Position numbers and translations under genes: made by a program
Notes under the pieces: generated by a model
What the model was told of the DNA's origin: nothing
Databases searched by the model: none
What the model saw: the letters and a program-made list of their open reading frames with translations, nothing else
Shown: positions 61,285 to 64,000 of the stretch, one piece after another
Layout: the number at the start of each line of letters is the position of its first letter
Numbering within the stretch: the stretch's first letter is position 1
Assembly: GCA_024704765.1 (NCBI GenBank)
Contig: JAKMXF010000298.1
Location: 434,001-498,000, forward strand
From: Oopsacas minuta
Lineage: Eukaryota > Animalia > Porifera
Reading direction: 5' to 3'
Length of the DNA stretch: 64,000 nt

Positions 61285-62250
61285 TCAGCACAATCTTCTA
61301 CCATCCAACCATGCAGAGTGAATCCGTCTTAAATTTATAGGAGTAATATAGTGTTGTAACCAAGTAGTAGCATCACAGTTATTTCCCAAGGGTATAATTC
61401 GTTCATCTTGTAAAAAACTAAGTTTGAGAGGAGCAACCCAAGATCCTAAAGAGGTATCCTCATTGTGGTGATGCATAAATTTATCTGAATTATATGATAG
61501 GTACTTTACAATATCTTGAGTCAGTATGTATCCAACACCAGTAGGAAAGTCCAAATAATAGAGACACAGAAACCAAACAAATTCAGACCATTTGCCTTCT
61601 GTGTGTGGGACAGATAGATGGTGAAAATTCCCAACAATCGCTCTACTAACAGGTAAACCTTCATTGGTAAGAACTTGATATAAGTTGTCAATAACAACAT
61701 AACTATCATCATCAGTCTTAAGATAATAGACAGCATCTATGTGTTTGTCTGCCCATGTGAAAGCTTGCAACACTTTCCTGGATAACTTAGTGTATACCTC
61801 TTCTACACCATCTAACATTATAATATCTCCAAATGTATCTCTTTCCTTTAGAACTAATGACAAATCTGATTGAGATACTCGTTTATTTCCTATTGCAAAT
61901 GAATATTTGATAGAATCATAGTTACTGACTGTTTTCCCCCATGTATTTCTGATGGCGTCCCTCTGAGGGTAATTGAGTGGAGCACTGACTACGATTATGT
62001 AAAGAAGGTAAGGATCTGGTTTCGATACTATTTCAGGAACTTCGGTTTTCTTTTCAAGATATTCTAACACTTTCCTTGGATTTTCATAAACTTTTACTTG
62101 GCAATTTGTATCACTATTCCAATCATGTAACACTATATACAAAGTTTGCATTGCAGAAAGAACAATCAGTACGAATAGATAAATCCGGAGTTTTTTAATC
62201 ATCTCTTGTAGAATACTAATGTTATACACAATACAATGATTCATACGCAT
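61285..62250 (-). CDS. B3GALT6: GT31 beta-1,3-galactosyltransferase, B3GALT6-like, 321 aa
   Basis: Type II TM anchor, VVSAPLNYPQRDAIRNTW, LKTDDDSY, GKWSEFVWFLC, EDTSLGSWVAPL, C-terminal GRRLC. Confidence 0.75.
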   Translation of the reverse strand: MRMNHCIVYNISILQEMIKKLRIYLFVLIVLSAMQTLYIVLHDWNSDTNCQVKVYENPRKVLEYLEKKTEVPEIVSKPDPYLLYIIVVSAPLNYPQRDAIRNTWGKTVSNYDSIKYSFAIGNKRVSQSDLSLVLKERDTFGDIIMLDGVEEVYTKLSRKVLQAFTWADKHIDAVYYLKTDDDSYVVIDNLYQVLTNEGLPVSRAIVGNFHHLSVPHTEGKWSEFVWFLCLYYLDFPTGVGYILTQDIVKYLSYNSDKFMHHHNEDTSLGSWVAPLKLSFLQDERIIPLGNNCDATTWLQHYITPINLRRIHSAWLDGRRLC

Positions 62251-63854
62251 GGTGACAGTTGATCGCTAGTGCCACATTTTGCCCACCGACATTTTATGTT
62301 TCACGATCTGGTACGGATATCTCTGATAATTGGATAAAACACCTCTCACGAAAATATTAGTCGATTCGAATTAGTCCGTGGATACATAATATTTCATTAA
62401 AATAGGTACAACCATAGGCTTCGGGATAGCCTGACTGAGGGGACGCTGTCTTCAAATTACATATAATTGTTAGTACTATGGTTATTGGAGAACGAAATGT
62501 CCGTTTAGTGACGTATACGGAGATAACTAATCCTGGAAATGACTCGAGCCCAAATAGATAATTATTGATTTTTCTAATGCAAGAAAACTGTCTCAAGTCT
62601 CAACATTACAATATTATTGCCCAAATAGAGGGAGAAGATTCACAACATACATATAAGCTATATGGGTGTAATCAGAATTAATTCGTTATATCCGATTTGA
62701 TTCAAACGACAGTTTTCTGTCAACGTATTCACGCATGTGAATAACATAGGTGCTAACTGCTAGCATGGCGTAACACCTATCCGTTAGGGATTCATTTCAA
62801 AATTCCGTTAAATGAACCAAAATGTACAGTTAAGGAACTAAACAACCGTGAAATTTACAAGGGCTACAGTGGATAGGATCCCTACATTTAGGATGTAAGA
62901 TCTATCCTTGAGATTTCCTTAGGAACTGTTGAATTTCGCAGGTTTTTGTACTGAAAAGGATGGCTAAAAGGAATTATACCCACCATGATAGTGGTAATTT
63001 CGTTGTGAATCACTGTTATACCGCCGAATTCCCAGAGAATTTTAAAATGATGAGGTAAAAATCAGGGTGAGATTGCGTTCAATCCGTGAGACTTAACAAA
63101 TATGCATACCCATGGGTGTGGAATGGGTACATGGGAATCCAATAGAAATTTACAGTCTCATATGGAATTCATACCTACATTCAAAGAATAATTTACTTTC
63201 TAAGATTAAGTTTCCTCATCACTATCAACATTTTGTCCTTGTTTTGACTTCATCCTAATTGAATGCTTTTACAGATAATTTTGTTCACTTGAAATGCGAT
63301 GTATTAGCGAACTTAGTGTGTTTGTGAACACACCAGATTCATATGGTGTATATAGCCAGTATGGGGATCCAAATCAGGGCTCTGTCTATACTTACTGCAA
63401 AATCCTTGGTCTTTTTACGAAAAATTAATACTAATTCGTGCATCTCAGTCTTGTGAAGTACACTTTCCAACCTTCGTCACATACATCATTGGACAGAGCA
63501 TAATTTCCCCTGGACACCAGAAAATTCCAAATTGTTTGAAATCATCTTTAGCTTATACAATTAAGGTGACATACCCTTTGTCCCAGGTGTCAATTGTGGC
63601 AGAGTGTCCCAATACCTTTGGCCAGGTAGTGTATATGGCATCAATATATTCTATTTAAAATTATTATGAGGAATAATACTTTATACTTTAGAAGATACGT
63701 ATATTTATACTTATACAAGACATAATTGTAAATAATTCTCTTCGTGACTTTCCCATGAAATATGATTCAGCCAAGACTACCTCACTACCGAGAACACTCC
63801 TACCGCGTTCTAAATTCAATCTAGGGATTCTAAAAACAATTAGATAGATTACAT

Positions 63855-64000
63855 CATAGCAAGCATTAAGTTCAAAATCAGCACAATCTTCTACCATCCA
63901 ACCATGCAGAGTGAATCCGTCTTAAATATATAGGAGTAGTATAGTGTTGTAACCAAGTAGTAGCATCAGTTATTTCCCAAGGGTATAATTCTTTCATCTT
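63855..64000 (-). pseudogene. 3' end of a tandem B3GALT6-like paralogue with a 2-nt deletion creating a premature TGA (63966-63968); continues beyond the window
   Basis: Near-identical to 61259-61410; copy 1 AAC TGT GAT vs copy 2 AAC TGA. Confidence 0.6.

Overview
AT-rich eukaryotic (animal) genomic DNA with spliceosomal GT-AG introns; no prokaryotic operons, CRISPR arrays or rRNA. The compact gene spacing, many single-exon orthologues, RING-less coiled-coil+NHL genes and an SRCR-lysyl oxidase suggest an early-branching animal such as a glass sponge (inference, not verifiable here). Genes read from the sequence: TTI1, three coiled-coil/NHL genes (one with in-frame stops), an orphan 122-aa repeat protein, a multi-exon receptor-type TKL kinase, PHB1, an SLF1-like ankyrin protein with SIMC1-like SUMO-interacting motifs, DNAJC9, a 10-exon NAT10 hosting two nested genes (LOXL on the same strand, NHL antisense), N6AMT1, MMGT1/EMC5, three LITAF-domain genes, a theta-class GST, ANKEF1 and two tandem B3GALT6-like copies. 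Introns and intergenic DNA are full of MITEs (hAT, pogo/Tc1-mariner, PIF-like, HINE-like). The strongest novel signal is a pair of 128-nt Pol III-type ncRNA genes (47135-47262 minus, 52204-52331 plus): a non-canonical tRNA-like cloverleaf enclosed in a covarying 5'/3' panhandle with vault-RNA-like ends, a TATA box at -31..-24 and a T5 terminator.
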